64,000 nucleotides of DNA, taken from assembly GCA_019637805.1 (NCBI GenBank), contig JAHBVB010000002.1, positions 916,981-980,980 of the forward strand. The letters run 5' to 3'. A model generated the notes under the pieces. That model did no database searches. It had not been told where the DNA came from and was given only the letters and a program-made list of their open reading frames with translations. This DNA comes from Anaerolineales bacterium (GTDB taxonomy: Bacteria > Chloroflexota > Anaerolineae > Anaerolineales > UBA11579). How positions within the stretch are numbered: the stretch's first letter is position 1; every line of letters starts with the position of its first letter. Below, piece after piece: positions 62,552-64,000 of the stretch. The position numbers and the translations under genes were made by a program.

Positions 62552-63456
62552 TCCATCCTCCGCGTGTAGCCAAACTGCTTCAGCGATTTCTCGTCGTTGC
62601 GCCAGTTGGGCCGCACCTTCACTCGCAGCTCCAAAAAGACCTTGCGCTCACTCATGGCTTCGATCTCTTTGCGCGCTGCCTGGCCGATCTGCTTGATCAT
62701 CGCCCCGCCCTTGCCCACCACGATGCCCTTGTGCGAATCGCGCTCGACGAAGATGGTCGCCTCAATATGCGCCCCGCTCTCGCCGCGCTCCGTGAACTGG
62801 TCAATGCGCACGTCAATGCCATGCGGCACTTCCTCTCGCAGCAGCTGCATCGCCGCCGCCCGGATCAGGTCGGCGGTGATCTCTCTTTCATATAAGTCCG
62901 TCACCTGCTCGGCCGGGTAGAAGGGCTGGCCCTCCGGCAGCAGGCCCTGTAGGTGGGCCAGCAGCGCATCCACCCCGGCGCCCTGCGCCGCCGAGATCTC
63001 GAACACGCTGTGCGCCTCCACCAGGGCTTCATACTCGGCCCGGCGGGCGGCCAGCTGTTCGCTGCTGAGCAGGTCCACCTTATTGATCGCCAATACCAGC
63101 GGCGCCTTGCGCCGCCGGGCGGCCAGGCGCTCCGCCAGTTGGCGGTCTTCCGCCTGCGGGCTGTGGGCTGCGTCCACCAGGAACAAGACCACATCCGCAT
63201 CTTGCAGGGCGAATTGGGCCTGCTCGTTCATCAGCGCCCCCAGCTTGTTGTGCTCCTGGTGCAGGCCGGGCGTATCCACAAAGACCAGCTGCGCCTCCTC
63301 GGTGGTGAGGATGCCCAGCTGGTTGCGGCGCGTGGTCTGCGGCTTGGGGGAAACGGCCGCCAGCGGCTGGCCCATCAGGCGATTGAGCAGCGTGGACTTG
63401 CCTACGTTGGGCTGCCCCACCACAGCCACGAATCCGGCTTTGAAGTTTGCTGACAT
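62548..63456 (-). CDS. era: GTPase Era
   Basis: The G1 motif GQPNVGKSTLLN, the G3 motif DTPG, the G4 motif NKVD and a C-terminal KH domain (KGIVVGKGGAMIK). I moved the start to the ATG at 63456. Confidence 0.95.
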   Translation of the reverse strand: MSANFKAGFVAVVGQPNVGKSTLLNRLMGQPLAAVSPKPQTTRRNQLGILTTEEAQLVFVDTPGLHQEHNKLGALMNEQAQFALQDADVVLFLVDAAHSPQAEDRQLAERLAARRRKAPLVLAINKVDLLSSEQLAARRAEYEALVEAHSVFEISAAQGAGVDALLAHLQGLLPEGQPFYPAEQVTDLYEREITADLIRAAAMQLLREEVPHGIDVRIDQFTERGESGAHIEATIFVERDSHKGIVVGKGGAMIKQIGQAARKEIEAMSERKVFLELRVKVRPNWRNDEKSLKQFGYTRRME

Positions 63457-63480
63457 GGCGGGATTGTAACAGGCCAACGC

Positions 63481-63509
63481 TGGACAGTTGGCCCGGCTTC
63501 ATGTACAAT
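63481..63509 (+). promoter_or_regulatory. Sigma-70-type promoter of rpsT
   Basis: TGGACA (63481..63486), a 17-nt spacer, then TACAAT (63504..63509). The RBS GGAGGA precedes a TTG start. Confidence 0.6.
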
Positions 63510-63547
63510 GCGGCGTCTGATTCAGAGTAGGTATTTTTGGAGGAACG

Positions 63548-63820
63548 TTGGCAAACATTAAATCTGCCATTAAACGCAACAAACAAAACGAAAAGCGCCG
63601 CCTGCGCAACCGTGTCTTTCGCGGTACCGCCCGCACTTTCGTTAAGAAGGCCCTGACCGCCATGGGCGCCGGGGAGCTGGAAGAGGCTCGTGAGGCCACC
63701 CGCCTGGCCGCCAGCGCGCTGGACAAGGCCGCCCAGAAGGGCATCATCCACAAGAACAATGCCGCTCGCCGCAAGGGCGCCCTGATGGGCAAACTTGCCG
63801 CCATGGAAAAGAGCAGCTAG
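63548..63820 (+). CDS. rpsT: 30S ribosomal protein S20
   Basis: ANIKSAIKRNKQNEKRRLRNR. The start codon is TTG. Confidence 0.95.
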   Translation: MANIKSAIKRNKQNEKRRLRNRVFRGTARTFVKKALTAMGAGELEEAREATRLAASALDKAAQKGIIHKNNAARRKGALMGKLAAMEKSS

Positions 63821-63838
63821 CATTCACGCATCCAGAAA

Positions 63839-63867
63839 AGCGGGAGCCTTTGCTCCCGCTTTTTTTT
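63839..63867 (+). terminator. Intrinsic terminator after rpsT
   Basis: AGCGGGAGCctttGCTCCCGCT followed by a T8 run. Confidence 0.88.
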
Positions 63868-63916
63868 GTTGGCTCGCCCTGCAAGACACGCCGTTATAAT
63901 CCCAGCGAGTAGCCCC

Positions 63917-64000
63917 ATGTTTGACGCCGAAAAGCAAGCCATCGAAGCCCGCCTGCGCGCTTTCTGTGAAGCGCAAGGCCTGCCCGCTCCCGACCAGGTG
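63917..64000 (+). CDS. 5' end of an unidentified ORF running off the right edge
   Basis: The ATG at 63917 opens the frame MFDAEKQAIEARLRAFCEAQGLPAPDQV, which runs to the window end. It is too short to identify. Confidence 0.3.
   Translation, partial: MFDAEKQAIEARLRAFCEAQGLPAPDQV

Overview
High-GC (roughly 60-70% by eye) bacterial chromosome segment, densely coding, with no rRNA, tRNA, CRISPR array, transposase or integrase that I could recognise. The gene order and zinc-ribbon ribosomal protein variants suggest a Chloroflexota or Terrabacteria-like organism, but that is inference only. Layout: (1) 1-15300, minus strand: a complete dcw cell-wall/division cluster, mraZ-rsmH-ftsL-ftsI-murF-mraY-murD-ftsW-murG-cvpA-like-murC-60aa ORF-murB-ddl-ftsQ-ftsA. 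It is tightly coupled by ATGA/TGATG overlaps, has a readable promoter plus triple MraZ box, and lacks murE. (2) 15300-22200, minus strand: maeB, LMW phosphatase, fructosamine kinase, GNAT, polysaccharide deacetylase and an NBR1-like lipoprotein. (3) 22450-25900, plus strand: recA-recX-rny. (4) 26000-35400: an accessory stretch with a small membrane protein behind a cluster of TGTGA/TCACA palindromes, DinB, an MBL hydrolase and a tryptophanase-like lyase. It also holds an abrupt single-gene AT-rich island encoding a NucS/Shedu-like PD-(D/E)xK protein (the best candidate for something new), DUF1684, a signal-less lysin-like multidomain protein, and YabN/MazG. (5) 35500-60200, minus strand: an uninterrupted 24.7 kb array running from rpoB through rpsL-rpsG-fusA-tuf, S10-spc-alpha, truA and rplM to rpsI. 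It lacks rpoC, rpsD and infA and has an unusual 232-nt structured spacer between rpsJ and rplC. (6) 60379-64000: RNase P RNA, a beta-hydroxyacid dehydrogenase, a membrane protein, era and rpsT. Many long ORFs in the track are antisense artefacts of high GC content. All coordinates come from the ORF track plus manual start-codon reassignment. No database search was possible.
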